Positions 27,220-40,713 of a stretch of 64,000 nucleotides of DNA are shown here, piece by piece; the stretch's first letter is position 1, and every line of letters starts with the position of its first letter. The DNA lies in NCBI GenBank assembly GCA_026770705.1, contig JANJGN010000088.1, positions 1,054,001-1,118,000 on the forward strand, written 5' to 3'. The notes beneath the pieces are model-generated. The model was not told the DNA's origin. It did not search any database and worked only from the letters and a program-made list of their open reading frames with translations. Made by a program: the position numbers and the translations under genes. The DNA comes from Isurus oxyrinchus (Eukaryota).

Positions 27220-28660
27220 CATGGCATCAGGTCAAAGATTGGCAAGGAAACCTGCTGATTACCACATACTGCACCCCCTCCTCCCTACCCCACCTCAGCT
27301 GATGAATCAGTATTTCTCCATGTTGAACACCAGTTGGAAGAAGCACTGAGAGTGGAGTGGGCACAGAATGTACACTGGTTGGGGGACTTCAATGTCCACC
27401 ACCAAGAATGGCTAGATATCGCCACGACTGATCAAGCAGACCGAGTCCTAAATGACATAGCTGCTAGATTGGGCCTGTGTCAGACGGTCAAGGAAGCAAC
27501 AAGAGGGAAAAACCTACTTGACCTCATTCTAACCAATCTACCTGTCACAGGTACATCTGTTCATGACAGTATTGGTCAGAGTGACTGCTGCACAGAGTGA
27601 CTGTTGTGGAGAAGCCCCATCTTCACATTCAGGATACTTTCCATCCTATGTTGTGTGGCACCACTACCAGGCTAAAGGGGAATAGATTTCAAACAGATCT
27701 AGCATCTTAAAACTGGGCATCCATGAGGTACTGTGGACCATCAGCAGCAGCAGAACTGCTCAGAACCACAATCTGTAACCTCCTGGTCCGGCATATCCCT
27801 ACTTGACCATTACCATCAAGTTGGGGAATCGACCCTGGTTCAATGAAGAGTTCAGGAGTGTATACCAGGAGCAGCACCGGGCATAACTAAAAATGAGGTG
27901 ACAACCTGGTGAAGTTACAAATCAGGACGATGTGCATACCAAACAGTTAAACAGCAAGTGGCAGACAGCGCTAAGCAATCCCACAACCAAAGGATCAGAT
28001 CTAAGCTCTGCAGTCCTGCCACATCCAGTCATGAATGGTGGTGGACAACTAAACAACTAACAGGAGGAGGAGGCTCCACAAATATTCCCTCCTCAATGAT
28101 GGGGGAGCCCAGCACCTCAGTACAAAAGATAAGGCTGAAGAACTTGCTCCAATCTTCAGCCATAAGTGCCGAGTGGATGATCCATCTCTGCCTCTTCCTG
28201 AGGCCTCCAGCATCAAAGATGGCAGTCTTTAGCCAATTCAATTCACTCCATGTGTCATCAACTAAAGGCAGGAGGCATATGATACTGCAAAAGTTGTGGG
28301 CCCTGACAATATCCAGCAATAATACTGAAGACCTGTGCTCCAGAACTAGCTGCATCCTTAGCCAAGCTATTCCAGTACATCTGCAACACTGGCATCCATC
28401 CAGAAATATGCAAAATTGCCCAGGTATACTCTGTCCAAAAAGCAGAACAAATCCAGTTGGCCAGTTGCCGCACCATCAGTCTACTTTCGATTATCAGCAA
28501 TTTGTTGGAAGGGGTTATTGACATTGCTATCAAGCGGCACTTACTCAGCATTAACCTGCTCGATGACACTCAGTTTGGGTTCTGCCAGGGCCACACATCT
28601 CCTAGCCTCATTACAGCCTTGGCCCAAACATGGACAAAAGAACTGAATTCAGGAGGTGAA
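27220..28660 (+). mobile_element. Decayed CR1-clade LINE ORF2 fragment
   Basis: LGDFNVHHQEWL, NLLDLILTN and ISLLSIIS..LEGVI motifs. Confidence 0.8.
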
Positions 28661-29319
28661 TCTCTCTGTTGGCAATGGTCATTGCCTGTCACTAGTATGG
28701 TACAAATGTAACTTTCTGCCCATCAGCCCAAATGTCATTTTTTTATTCAGCCATGGGATGTGAGCATCACTGGCCAAGTCACCATTTATTACCCATCCCA
28801 ACTTACCCTTGCTCAGAGGACATTTCAGAATCAACCACATTGTTGTGGGTCTGGAGTCACATGTAGTCCAGACCGTGTAAAGGCAGCAGATTTTCTTCCC
28901 TGAACCAGATGGGATTTTAACAACAATGGTTTCATGGTCATCATCAGACTTTTAATGAGTTCAAATTCCACCATTTGTCATGGTGGGATTCAAACCCATG
29001 TTCCCCAAGCATTACACTGGGTTTTTGGATTACCAGCTCAGTGACAATACCACTATACCATCACCTCCCCATGTTGTCCAGGCCTTGCTGCATATGGGTA
29101 TGGGCTGCTTTGATATCTGAGAAGTCGTGAATGGTGCTGAACTTTGTTCAAACATCAACGGCCAGACCACTTCTGACCTTAGGATGAAGGGGAGATCATT
29201 AATGAAGTGGCAGAAGTTAGTTCAGCGTGCAACAGTGTCCTGAGGAACTCTTGCAACAATGTCCTCGGACCGAGATGATTAACCTCGACCAACTGTAACC
29301 ATCTCCCTTTGTGCTTGGT

Positions 29320-32095
29320 GACAATTGGGGTTAGTATAGTTAGGGGAATAGATACTGTTTTCTGTAGCCAGAATTGAGATTCCTGAAGGCTGTGTTGCCT
29401 ACCTGGTATCAAGGTTAAGGTTATCTCACCTGGGCTGCAGAGGAAATTGTTGTGGGAGGGGAAGGATCCAGTTGTCGTGGTCCACATAGGTACCAACGAT
29501 ACAGGTAGAACGAGGAAAGAGGTTCTCTTGCGAGAATATGAGCAGCTAGGGGCTAAATTAAAAAGCAGAACCAAAAAGGCAATAATCTCCGGATTACTAC
29601 CTGAGCCACGAGCTAATTGGCACAGGGTCAATAAGATTGAAGAGGTAAATGCGTGGCTCAAAGATTGGTGTGGGTTCAAATTCATGGGACATTGGCACCA
29701 GTACTGGGGAAAGAGGGAGCTATTCTATTCAGACGGTCTCCACTTGAATCATGCTGGGACAAGTGTCCTGGCGACTCGCATAACTCGGGTTGTACATATA
29801 AGAGTAGGGAACGTTGACAATCGGGCAAATTTAAAGGCTTTCTATCTGAATGCGTGTAGCATTTGGAATGAAACTAATGAGTTAACAGTGCAAATAGAGA
29901 TAACTAGGTATGATTTGGTGGCGATTACTGAGACGTGGTTACAGGGAGAACAGGCTTGGGAGTTGAATATCCAAGGGTACTCAGTGTTTCGGAAGGATTG
30001 GCTGGAAGGAAAAGGAGGTGGTGTAGCTTTGTTAGCAAAGGAAGAGATCAGTGCTATCGTGAGGAATGATATAGGCACTGAAGAGTAAGATGTAGAGTCA
30101 GTCTGGATAGAAATAAGAAATAGCAAGGGAAAGAAGTCCCTGGTGGGAGTTATCTATAGGTCCCCAAACAGTAGTTCAGCAGTAGGTCACTGTATAAACC
30201 AGGAAATACTGGGAGCATGTAAGAAAGGCAAGGCAATAATCATGGGTGATTTTAATATGCATATAGACTGGACTAATCAAATTGGCAAGGGTAGCCTCGA
30301 GGGAGAGTTCATAGAGTGTATTAGAGTTTGTTACTTGGAACAATATGGAACCAACTAGGGAGCAGGCTATTCTGGATTTGGTTTTGTGTTATAAGATGGG
30401 ATTAATTAATGATCACATAGTAAAGGATCCTCTAGGGAACAGTGATCATAGCATGCTGGAATTTCAAGTTCATTTTGAGAGTGAGAAACGTGAGTCCCAC
30501 ACTCGTGTTCTCGAGTTAAACATAGGTAACTGCATAGGCATGAGGGCAGATTTGCCCCTAGTGGACTGGGCAGGAAGACTGCAAGGTGGGATAGTTGATG
30601 AACAGTGATAGATATTTAAAGAGATATTCAGTTCCTCCCAAGTAAAATATATTCCAAAGAGCAATAAAGATGGTAAGAGGAGGAAAAAGCATCCATTGCT
30701 AAGCAAGGAAGATAAAGATAACATAGAGCTAAAAACTAAGGCATACCAACTTTCAAAATCAGTGGCAGGCTGGAAGATTGGGAAACTTTTAAAGATCAAC
30801 AAAGGGTTACTAAAAAAATAATAAAAAGAGCAAAGGTAAGTTATGAAAGAAAGCTAGCGCAAAATGGAAAAACTGATAGCAAAAGCTTCTACAAGCATGT
30901 AAAAGAAAAGAGAGTAGCGAAAGTGAATGTTGGTCCCTTGGAGGATGAGACTGGGGAGTTAATAGTGGGGAATGCAGAAAGGGCAGAGACGCTGAATCAA
31001 TATTTTGCCTCAGTTTTCACGGTGGAGGACACTAGTACCACCCTAATAGTAACAGGTAGTGCAGAGGGTATAGAGAAGCAGGTACTGAGAACAATCACCA
31101 TCACTAGAGAAAAAATACTGAGAAAACTATTGGAATTAAAGGTTGAGAAGTCCCCAGGACCTGATGGCCAACATCCCAGGGTCTTAAAGGAAGTGGCAGC
31201 AGAGATAGTGGATGCACTGGCTATAGTATTTCAAAGTTGCCTGGATTCTGGAAAGGTTCCAGTTGGTTGGAAAAATGCTAATATAATGCCCTTACTCAAA
31301 AAGCAGGGGAGGCAGAAAGTAGGAAACTCTAGACCAGTTAGTTTAACGTCTGCCGTTGGGCAATTGTGGAATCTATTATTAAGGAAGTAGTAATGGGGCA
31401 TTTGGAAAGTCAAAATGCAATCCATCAGAGTCAGCATGGATTTATGAAGAGTAAATTGTGTTTGACTAATTTGCTAGAGTTCTTTGAAGATGTGACAAGC
31501 AAAGTGGATAATGGGGATCCTGTAGATGTAGTATATCTGGACTTCCAGTAGGCCTTTGATAAGGTGCCGCACAAATAATTAACACGCAAGGTAAGATCAA
31601 ACGGGAGTTAGGGGGTAATATATTAGCTTTGATAGAGGACTGGCTAACCAGTAGAAAGCAGAGAGTCGGGATAAATGGGTCTTTTTCTGGATGGCAAGCT
31701 GTAACTAGTGGGGTGCCACAGGGTTCGGTCCTTGAGCCCCAACTATTTACAATCTATATTAATGACTTAGATTCAGGGATAGAAGGTACTATAGCTAAAT
31801 TTGGAGATGACACCAAAATAGGTGGGAAAGTAAGTTGCAAGGATGAGGTGGAATTACTTTTCTCAAAGGGTCGCGAATCTGTGGAATTCACTACCTCAGA
31901 GTGCAGTGAATGCTGGGACGCTGAATAAATTTAAGGAGGAGATAGACAGATTTTTAATTAGTAACGGGTTGAAAGGTTATGGGGAGAGGGCGAGAAATTG
32001 GAGTTGAGGCCAAAATTAGATCAGCCATGATCGTGTTGAATGGTGGGTCAGTCTCGAGGGGCTGAATTGCTTACTCTTGCTCCAATCTTCTTATG
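29320..32095 (+). mobile_element. CR1 LINE with ORF1 esterase, APE and RT; internally deleted and decayed
   Basis: HIGTND, DGLHLN, YLNACS, KSPGPDG, RPVSLTS, SGVPQGSVL, KFGDDTK, followed by the 3' UTR. Confidence 0.9.
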
Positions 32096-34660
32096 TCGTT
32101 GGATGCACTTTCCCATTCTTTGTACTGGAGGAGACTCCCTCATACATGGGATTGGAAAGCAGCATACTCCTGTTCCTGGAGTCGATTCCACCTACAAATG
32201 TGCTTTAGCAAAAATTTGCTCCCATATGGGACTGGGACCCTCCCACCTTCTCTGCACCTGGTGTGTAATTCTCCCATTATAGCTTCCTGGGTATATTCCC
32301 CCAATGTCTGTTCATGGGGTGTATTCCCCCTATGACGATCCTGACTGAGTATTCCTGCAATTTCTGCGACTTAGCATCTCTCCTAATTCTGACCAGAGGA
32401 TGTATTTCCCTCAGTGACTGCACTGTGAACAAGTTGTAACCCCAATGGATGGTCGTGTGCTCTCCCTATGATTGTATGAGGGATTTCCCTCATAGAAGTA
32501 ACTAGGAATCTCCTTCAATATCTGTTTCTGGGAGTAGTGTCCAATGCCTGTTTCTGTATTTACGAAATGACTGCACTGGAGGGAGTTCCCTCTTACAAGC
32601 GACACCGGTTTCACCCCCCGACCTTACCCCAATATCTTGGCCTGAGGTGTATTTGACCAAAATGAATGTGACTGGGGGAGAAATCACTGGGAGAATGGTG
32701 AATCTCCTCCAATATCTGATCCTTGGGCATATTCTCCTAATATCTGCCTCTTATGCATATATCCAAATGAATGTGCTTGGTGAGGAATTCTCTCACACAT
32801 CAGACTGAGAGTCTCTTTCAATATCTGGGCTGGATTTGTATTCCCCCAATATCTGATCCTGGGCTGTAATCGTCTGATGAATGTAATCAGGGAAATTCCC
32901 ACATACGTGTGACTGGGTTTCTTGCCCCCAATTTCAGGTCCTGGCTTGTATTGCCCAATGACTGTACTTGGGTGTTCTGTTGTATGTGGGTCTGAAAATC
33001 TCCTCCAATATTTGGTCCTAAGTTCCAATTCCCCAATATTTGGTCCTTAGTTGCATGCCCCCACTGTTTGTACTGGGTGGATTCCCTCATAGCTGTGACT
33101 GAGAATCTTCCCCTATATACTTTCCACAGGTACGAGCCCACACTTTTTGTCCTGAGGAATCTCTTTTACAGGGTACTGAAAATCTCCCCCTAGTATCTGG
33201 TCTTGAGGTGCATTTCCCCAAAAAGACATTTGACTCATTCACAGAACTGAGAATTCCCAACGTTCCCGACAACCTATGGCTCTTGGGTGCACTCCCCACT
33301 TCTTTGAACTTGTGGGATTTCCTTACACATGGATCTGGGATCCCTTCCTCCACCTTACCTGTTTCTGGAGCCTCCCCAACCCCCACCCAGTGAACAAGCT
33401 TGGCGGGAAATTAGTTCATGCATTTTTCTGAACATTTCCCCATTATCTAGACCTGGGTTGCATTCTCTAATATCTGTCCCCACTGTGGTTCAATCTCATA
33501 ATATCAGTTTGCTGGAGGATATTCCCCCTATGACATACAGGTGGGCTATTTGCACACTCTTTGTGGTCTGGTGATGCCCCCCCCCCTCAATATTTGGCCT
33601 TAGGGTGTATCTGTGACTTGTGTCTAGCCCTTGGGTTTATTCACCCAGTATCTGGTCTTGAGCTGTGTTTCCCCATTGACTATCTGGGGGTATTTCCTCA
33701 TACATGGGGCTGGCAATTTCCCTCAATATCAGGTCCAGGGATGTTCTCCACCCATGACCATATGGGGGAAAGGTATTCCCTCATGCATGGGGCTGTGATT
33801 ATTTTAAGATATCTGTTCCTTGGATGTATCCCTCCAATACCTGATCCTGGAATTTTCTTCCCAATGGCCTTACTAGGGGGATTCCATCATGCATGTTGCC
33901 CATCCCTAATTAGCCTTGAATGTGGCTTGCTAGGCCATTTCAGAGGGCAGCTAAGAGCCAACCACATTGCTGTAGGTCTGGAGTCTGATGTAGACCAGAC
34001 CAGGTAAGGACAGCAGATTTCCTTCCCTGAAGGACATCAGTGAACCAGATGGGTTTTTACAACAATCAATGATAGTTTCATGGTCACCATTACTGAGATG
34101 AGCTTTGAATCCCTGATTTTATTAATTGAATTTAAATTCCACCAGCTGTCATGGTGGAATTTGAACCCATGTCCCTAGAGTTTTAGCCTGACCCTTGGAT
34201 TACTAATCCAGTGACTACCACTCTGGCACCATCTCCTCCTGTTTCCCTAGTGAATGTGATTGGGCGATCATTCAGCAGACTGGGAAACTCCTTCAATATC
34301 TGGTCTTGGGTGTGTATTCCTCAATAACATGGGACTGGGAATCAATGTCTGGTTCTGCGGGTATATTCCCCAGTAACTGGGGGATTCACTCATACATGGA
34401 GCTGGGAATATTCTCCAATATCTGCCCTTGGGCATATTCCCCAGTAACTGGGGGATTCACTCATACATGGGGCTGGGAATATCCTCCAATATCTGGTTCC
34501 TGATTACATTGCCCAGTAACTATGGGAATCACTCATACATGGGGCTTGGAATATACTCCAATATTTGCCCTTGGGTATATTCCCCAGTAACTGGGGGATG
34601 CACTCATACATGGTCTGGGAATATCCTCCAATATCTGGCCCTCGGTATATTTGCCCAATG
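32095..34660. repeat. Degenerate ~71-bp satellite (best preserved at 34350-34660), interrupted by a SINE at ~33895-34240
   Basis: Unit like GGGTATATTCCCCAGTAACTGGGGGATTCACTCATACATGGGGCTGGGAATATTCTCCAATATCTGCCCTT recurring at 71-bp spacing. Confidence 0.75.
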
Positions 34661-34731
34661 AGTACACTCAGTCTCCCTCAGTTCTTTCCATCTCTTCACA
34701 CAACCACTTATTTCATTTCATGTTTTCATTT

Positions 34732-34737
34732 TTTATT
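34732..34737 (-). terminator. Candidate polyadenylation signal for membrane IgW mRNA
   Basis: AATAAA on the minus strand about 420 bp after the TM2 stop, just before the satellite begins. Confidence 0.5.
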
Positions 34738-35159
34738 GATTTAATTTCAGACCAAATCTTTAATATCAGTGAAAACAATTTTGAAAAAGCTGCAGGCAGT
34801 AATCTGAATGACATTTGTTTTAAGAATACTTTACACAAAACCCAGAGAATCAGCCCTTCCCTCCTTCCCATATTCATACTCCCTCCTGACTCCCCCTTCC
34901 ATACTCCCACATTCCCATCTCCCCTGCTCCCTATTCCCGCTCCCCTCTCTTCTTCCAAGCTCACCCCTCCCATCCCAATTCCCCTTCCCAATCTTCCCCA
35001 GTCCATTTGAAGCTTTATCTCCAGAATGAGCTGTTGCAGTGCAGTAGCTGAGTATTTTCCAGTGTGTGATGGAAAGCTCCATTCCCAAACATCACAGGGA
35101 TATTTCTGGACAATTCACATCTTGTGTAAGTCTGAATGTGAGCCTTATGTACCTGCTGG

Positions 35160-35171
35160 TCACTGCTGAAC
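35160..35171 (-). CDS. IgW: IgW TM2 exon coding part (VQQ*)
   Basis: Acceptor TTTATATTACAG|GTT CAG CAG TGA gives cytoplasmic tail KVQQ, analogous to the KVK of IgM. Confidence 0.75.
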   Translation of the reverse strand, partial: VQQ

Positions 35172-35249
35172 CTGTAATATAAACAGCAGAGTAAGATACA
35201 TTTGTGTGCCAATCATATATCAGGTGGTATAACCCAAAAAGCCAGGTAG

Positions 35250-35660
35250 TCTGTCTGTCTATTAGGAAATGGACCCCAAATAACAGGGGATTTGTCCTTA
35301 TTCTGGAGGATGGACCCTAAAGCAAAAGGGGTTTGTCCTTATTCTGGGAGATGAAGCCTGCAAAATGAATTCTTCTTTGTGCTCCAGACCGTGATTATTG
35401 AGGATGCTGTTGTTCAGGGTCATAGTTACTGTCTTGTGTTTCCCAAGGTTAAATGTCGTGTAACCCAACAGAACAAACAGCCCTTGTTCTTGGAGACAGG
35501 GGCCTAAAGGACAAGTGGTCTAATTATATTCTGGGCAGTGGATGCAAAAGGAGAGGTGGTCTGACCCTATTCTGGGGCATGGGCCTTAAGGACAGGTTGT
35601 CTGACCCTGTTCAGGGACATGGGGCCTAAAGGACAGGGAATCTGACCTTCTTCTGGGATG
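35250..35660. repeat. Degenerate ~41-bp tandem repeat in the TM1-TM2 intron
   Basis: Recurring TATTCTGGG...GGNCCTAAAGGACA.GG..TGACCCT-like units in two blocks. Confidence 0.6.
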
Positions 35661-35865
35661 AATCAAGACCCTCAGATCGGGTAAAGTGAAAATCTTCAAA
35701 GTGCCAGTGGCTATGAAAGGTTCCCCACTGCGCTGTCCGTCTGCACCCAGTCTGATAGCTGGAATCTCAGAGTGAAATAATAAGATGTGGCGATAAATTG
35801 AAGATAAATCGTGACTTTACAGTATGGGTACGTTGTTGTTCGTTTGATAGTTATAGTCTGGTTAC

Positions 35866-36008
35866 CTTGACAACAGTAACAAAGGTGCTGTAGAGGAAAC
35901 TTAGAATAAACAGAATGGCGAAGGCAGCAACTGTCAGTGCGTTGTCGTCTCCTTCCAAACCTTCCACTTCTTCCTTTCCTTCCTCTCCAATCACATTTGG
36001 AAGGTCAA
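35866..36008 (-). CDS. IgW: IgW TM1 exon ((V)DLPNVIGEEGKEEVEGLEGDDNALTVAAFAILFILSFLYSTFVTVVK)
   Basis: Acceptor TGTTTCAG|TT (phase 1), acidic spacer, antigen-receptor TM motif FILSFLYSTFVT, donor AAG|GTAAC. Confidence 0.93.
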
Positions 36009-36689
36009 CTGAAACAAAGAGAAATTGGAGCTGATAAAGATGACACTGGGCATTTCATCAAGGTCCACAATGTCTCAGTTTGAAGATAATAGCGAGGGAG
36101 GAGATCACAGCGGAGGAGCACTGGGAGCTGTGAATAATTAAAAAGTCTTTCTCTCTTGACCTGTTGCTCCCTGGTTCTGTCTCCCACTTTGTCTTTGTCT
36201 TTCTCCCTTTCTCACTGCCTTTCCTCTATCCCTCAGAGATTCTGTCTCCTTGTTTCTGCTTCACTGTCACTCAGTTTCTCTGTAACACTTACTGTTTCCC
36301 TCAAATGTGCACAAACAAACAACAAATGATGCTAAAACTGTTTCCAAAACCTGTCCTTCAGTCACCCCTGTTGTTTCCCCATTTCTCTATTGTATTATCC
36401 AATCTACCAGCTCAAACACAAATTTTCAACTCCCTGACTCCAAAAACACTCTAATCCGCAAACAAACCATTGATTGTGAAGCGCCCTGAGATTATCCCCA
36501 TTGCCAGGGTGAGATTCTTAGTAACTTCAAATATTTACTTCTTTTTGAATCTCTGCTTCTATAACATTTTAATCAACCTAACATTTCCTGAGGCAGCATT
36601 ATATGAACTTGTGTAGTCACCAGGTACAACAACTGCTCAATGGCACAAATTCTTGTGAGTGGTGATGTGAGCGAGTGAGACACCAAATG

Positions 36690-37065
36690 GGATCTGAAAG
36701 TCTGCGATTCATGGATTACTGTGATGTGGTTTTGTGCATCGCAATCTCACCCCGGATCAGAAAATTGTGGGTTCAAGTTCCACTCCAGATACTTGAGTGC
36801 ATAATTCAGGCCGACACTGTGATGCAGGACTGAGAAAGTGCTGCACTGTAGGAGGTACCGCCTTTCAAATGAGGCATTAAACGATGGCCCTCAGGTTGAT
36901 GTAAACTTGTAAATGGTCCCACAGCACAATTGGAAGAAGAGCAGGGGAGTACTCTGCAATGTTCCGAACCAGCCAACATTTATCCCTCAACCAAAACACC
37001 TAAAACCAGATGATCTGGTCATTATCACAGTTCGTATGGTGGGAATTACTGTGCGCAAATTGGAA
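36690..37065 (+). mobile_element. tRNA-derived SINE (shark SacSINE/Deu-like); related copies at ~39860-40240 and ~41510-41945
   Basis: B-box-like GGTTCAAGT and a shared core TGCTGCACTGT.GGAG...C.TTT.GATGAG at three places. Confidence 0.5.
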
Positions 37066-37353
37066 TTGGTAAACCAAGAAAGACCAAAGCCACCCTGATG
37101 TTCGGATGATACAAGGATAATGGAGTTGTGCACTAATCATAGCAACCAGTCTCTTATCAATTAGTCCACAATAAACCCAGACAGGAGGCGAGGTAAGCCC
37201 AATGGTGGGAGCATTGGAAACCATAGGTCCAAGGACCCCTGTTCCTCACAAGCATGTTACACTCACCGTACATCATGTCCGAAGATACTCATTTACTGTC
37301 TCCCGAAACACAACAACAATGAACACTCAAAACTGAAACCTTTTCACATTATG

Positions 37354-37359
37354 TTTATT
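37354..37359 (-). terminator. Candidate polyadenylation signal for long secreted IgW mRNA
   Basis: AATAAA on the minus strand about 330 bp after the tailpiece stop. Confidence 0.55.
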
Positions 37360-37687
37360 GAAATTGGATCAGTACATTGACATTTTGCCACATACAATGA
37401 ACCCTTCTTGGGGTCTCACACAGGTTTCACACTTGGTCAAATGCAGCACAAAAAACGTTTGAAAACCAACTCAGGACTTCAGACGTTTGGAGAGAATGAT
37501 GTTGTAGGATCAGATGGTTAAATTTAAATAATTTCTTTCTCAGTTATTGAACAAGGTCAGAATTTGTTCACATTTTCTAGTGATCTGCGACAAAAAACGA
37601 GATTTCATAGCAACCATGACAATCCTCTGGTTGTCTTAACCATCCATTTACAGGGATTATGTAAATGGGTGATTGAATCATTAGATG

Positions 37688-38070
37688 CTATGAACAGGAT
37701 TTGAAGCCATCAGTTAGAACAAGTGACACATTGACCAGGGTGGGTTTGCTGTGAGATTTATTGATGCTCCTGAACAGATTTGTTGTGACTGACTCGTGTC
37801 CCACCACACAGGAGTAAGTGGTGCCGCTGTTCCACTCGTCTGTGGAGACTGTCAACCGACTGCCCGAGTTCCAGCCACTTCTGCCATCCTCGGTCACCGG
37901 CTGGTTCACAAATCCTGACTTCAGAAGGGTGTCGTTGGCCATCCAGGCCAGGTAGATCTCTGCAGGGGAGAATCCGGTGACCAGGCAAACCAGGGTCGCG
38001 GTGTGGTCTGTCTCCATCTCATCTTGTGAAGGGGGAAGGAGGTAGACTTGAGGGTGAGTCTTAATGTCAA
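37688..38070 (-). CDS. IgW: IgW CH6 exon with canonical secretory tailpiece (KPTLVNVSLVLTDGFKSCS*)
   Basis: Acceptor TTTCCAG|TT. Motifs PQVYLLPP, ATLVCLVTGFSP, YSCVVGHE. IgM/IgA-type tail with NVS sequon and penultimate Cys. Confidence 0.95.
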
Positions 38071-39136
38071 CTGGAAACAGAGACAATGTAGGTTAGACTG
38101 AGCCCCCTCTCATCCTGCATTCACTCGACACGTTCTGCTCTTAACACAAATCTGGGCAACTTCTGCGTCCCCAGGGACCCCTCCTCTATCAGAAAGTAAA
38201 GGCAATGACCTCTTTCTGGCCATTGTTGGAGTAGGGTGCAAGGGGTAGGATCATCAATCTTGCTGATTTTAAACTTCGGGAGGCAATGAACCACTGGGAA
38301 TCTGCAGGAAGAGTGTTCGGATGGTTAATAGGGATGTGCTGACCTTAAAATGATCGAATTAATCAAAAGCCTTACAATCATGAGGGATTTCACTGGCAGG
38401 AGAGTCAGTAAACAGAGGGCAGATATTAAAGAGGAGCTGGCAAATGAACCAGTGGGAAGATGAGAATTTTTTTTGCTCTGCGAGTTATGATTATTTGAAA
38501 TGCGCTGTCTGAAGGAGGGTTGTGGAAGCAGTTAAATAGCAACTTTCACAAGGGAATTGGACATATGCTTGGAAAAGAGCAAATTTTAAGCCTATTGGGA
38601 AAGAGCAGATTGGGTGTCAGATTAATTGAATAGCTCTTGCAAAGAGCTGGCACAGGCATGATGGACCAAATGGCCTCCTGTGCTCCATGATTCTCTTAGA
38701 AATACCAGAGATCCACTTCCCAGACCCTGCTTACTGTTGTAAAGAGGTAGGCTTCAGGAATTAATCTTGTCCTATGGTGTCTGCTCCGTCTCCCTTTCCT
38801 CTTAATGGACTTGCTCATCTTCAATCTACACCTCAGACGGACCTCTCTCACCGCTCCAATAGCTGGCTTGTTTCAGGCACTTCTTAATGTTGTGTTAGCT
38901 GCTAATTCCTTTCCGTCTATCTCCCCTCACTGTGAACCCATCCCACAAGGACTTGTGTGGTTTGGAGTGAGGCCACTGTGGAGATTTGAGGTTTTATCTG
39001 ATCCATTTCTTAGCAGGGTTCGCACATCTCTGGCCCATTAACACAGTGTGACACCCCATACTAGATAGTTTACCACTTGATGGTCATAAATCACTTCATT
39101 TGCTCAGACCAGATCCACAGCTTCATCCACACGTAC

Positions 39137-39457
39137 CTTGGGCTTTCCTGATTGACCTCTTCTCAGGCGTTGGCAAACTCTTGTCCTCCACCAAACACAA
39201 ATACTCTACCCCACTCTCCCACTCTGCAGCAGGGACTGTCAGTCTGCTGAAGATCATGTCTTTGTCTCCATTCCTCTTGGGACCCTGAGTCTTCACTCCA
39301 TCTTCTCTTCTGATTCCATCCGCCTGCCAGGTTACCCTGACTCCCTCTAAATCACTGTGAAGTACCTCGCAAAGTATAGTCGCTGTCCTGTTCCTCCAAA
39401 TCTCTTCAAAAGGAGGCTTCCTTAAGGTGACTGAGATCCCAGTGTCCAAACATTCAT
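39137..39457 (-). CDS. IgW: IgW CH5 exon
   Basis: Acceptor CTCCCAG|AT, donor CAAG|GTACGT. Motifs ATILCEV, VTW, EYLC. Confidence 0.93.
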
Positions 39458-40305
39458 CTGGGAGAAAAATTATCATTGTTATTTCGTGATTCCCTCATGG
39501 GATGTGGACATGGCTTGCAAGGCTGGCATTTCATTCACATCGCCACATGTACAATAGTGGCTTGTTCGACTCTTTCAGAGGGCAGCTCTGAATCAGCCAC
39601 ATTGGTGTCTGCCTGTAGCCACATCTGGGGCAGACAGGGTAAGGACAGCAGGTATCCTTCCCTCAAGGAAGATGAACAAACCTGTTGGGTTTTTAATGAC
39701 AATCTAACGCGTTCAAGGTCACTTTACTGATTCTAACGTTTTATCACCAATTTTTACTTTCTGCAACTGAATTCAAATTCTCAAGCTGTCTTAGATTTGA
39801 ACTCAGTTGTCTGCATTAGTGATTGTACGTGTCAACCTTGGCACGTTGGTAGGGCAAGCTCCTCTACCTGCGATGGTTGTGCGTTCACGACCCACTACGG
39901 ATACTTGAGCACAAAATCAAGAATGACAAACCCCATGCCGATACTGAGGGAATGCGGCACTGTTGGGTATGCCGTCTCTCAGTAAGAGACATTAAGCCAC
40001 GGCCCCTTCTCAGGCCAGCCAAAGAGATCACATTGTCGCCAATTTGGAATAAAAGGGGAGAGGGGCCAAAATTTAACAGATTACCTGGTCTTCATCATAA
40101 AACAGTTTATCGGGCCTTGCCTTATGCAAATTAGTTGATGCTTTCTTTGCATTGAAACAGTGACTACACCTCAACAAAAGTACTCTTTTTGCTGTGAGGC
40201 ACATCCTGAGGATGTGAAAGCTACAACATTAATGCTATTGTCTCTTTCTTTGTTCAGACCTCTAGAATATTACTCCACTCACATAGACACTACATAACCA
40301 CGTAC

Positions 40306-40623
40306 CTTGGAAGTTCTTCACCGTCTCACTGGTGTTGAAGTTGGAGGGTGGATGAGACACTGCACAGGTGAAGGTTGAGCCTTTCCTCCACTCCTCTGCA
40401 CTCACAGTCAGGTAGTGCCTGACGCAGAATGTCCCGGCCTGTTCCAGAGCAGTGTGTCCAGCGTGGGCCTTGGAGGAGATCAGAGCACCATCTTTCTCCC
40501 AGGTGACATTTATGAGGTCTGGGTAGAATCCAGTGATCACACACTCGAGTGTGGCTGTGCTCTTACCCTTGATCTCGTCAGTTGGTTGAAACAGCAATCT
40601 GACCTTGGGACTTTTTGGCTCGA
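40306..40623 (-). CDS. IgW: IgW CH4 exon
   Basis: Acceptor ATTCCAG|TC, donor CAAG|GTACGT. Motifs ATLECVITGFYP, VTW, FTCAVSH. Follows CH3 after a 90-bp intron. Confidence 0.93.
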
Positions 40624-40713
40624 CTGGAATAGACAGGCAAAACCAAGAAGCTGTTAAATTCCTTCCCTGAAAGTGAACAAAGTTAGTTATGTAATTTCTG
40701 ATCTCTCACCCAC

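Noticed and set aside
40124-40131. Perfect octamer ATGCAAAT in the CH4-CH5 intron (another at ~61632)
   Set aside because: Both lie inside SINE or LINE sequence and appear to be chance variants of the repeat consensus.
40706-40713. Alternative CH3 donor GTGAGA 4 nt downstream
   Set aside because: It would be phase 2 and frameshift CH4. The phase-1 GTGGGT donor keeps the frame.
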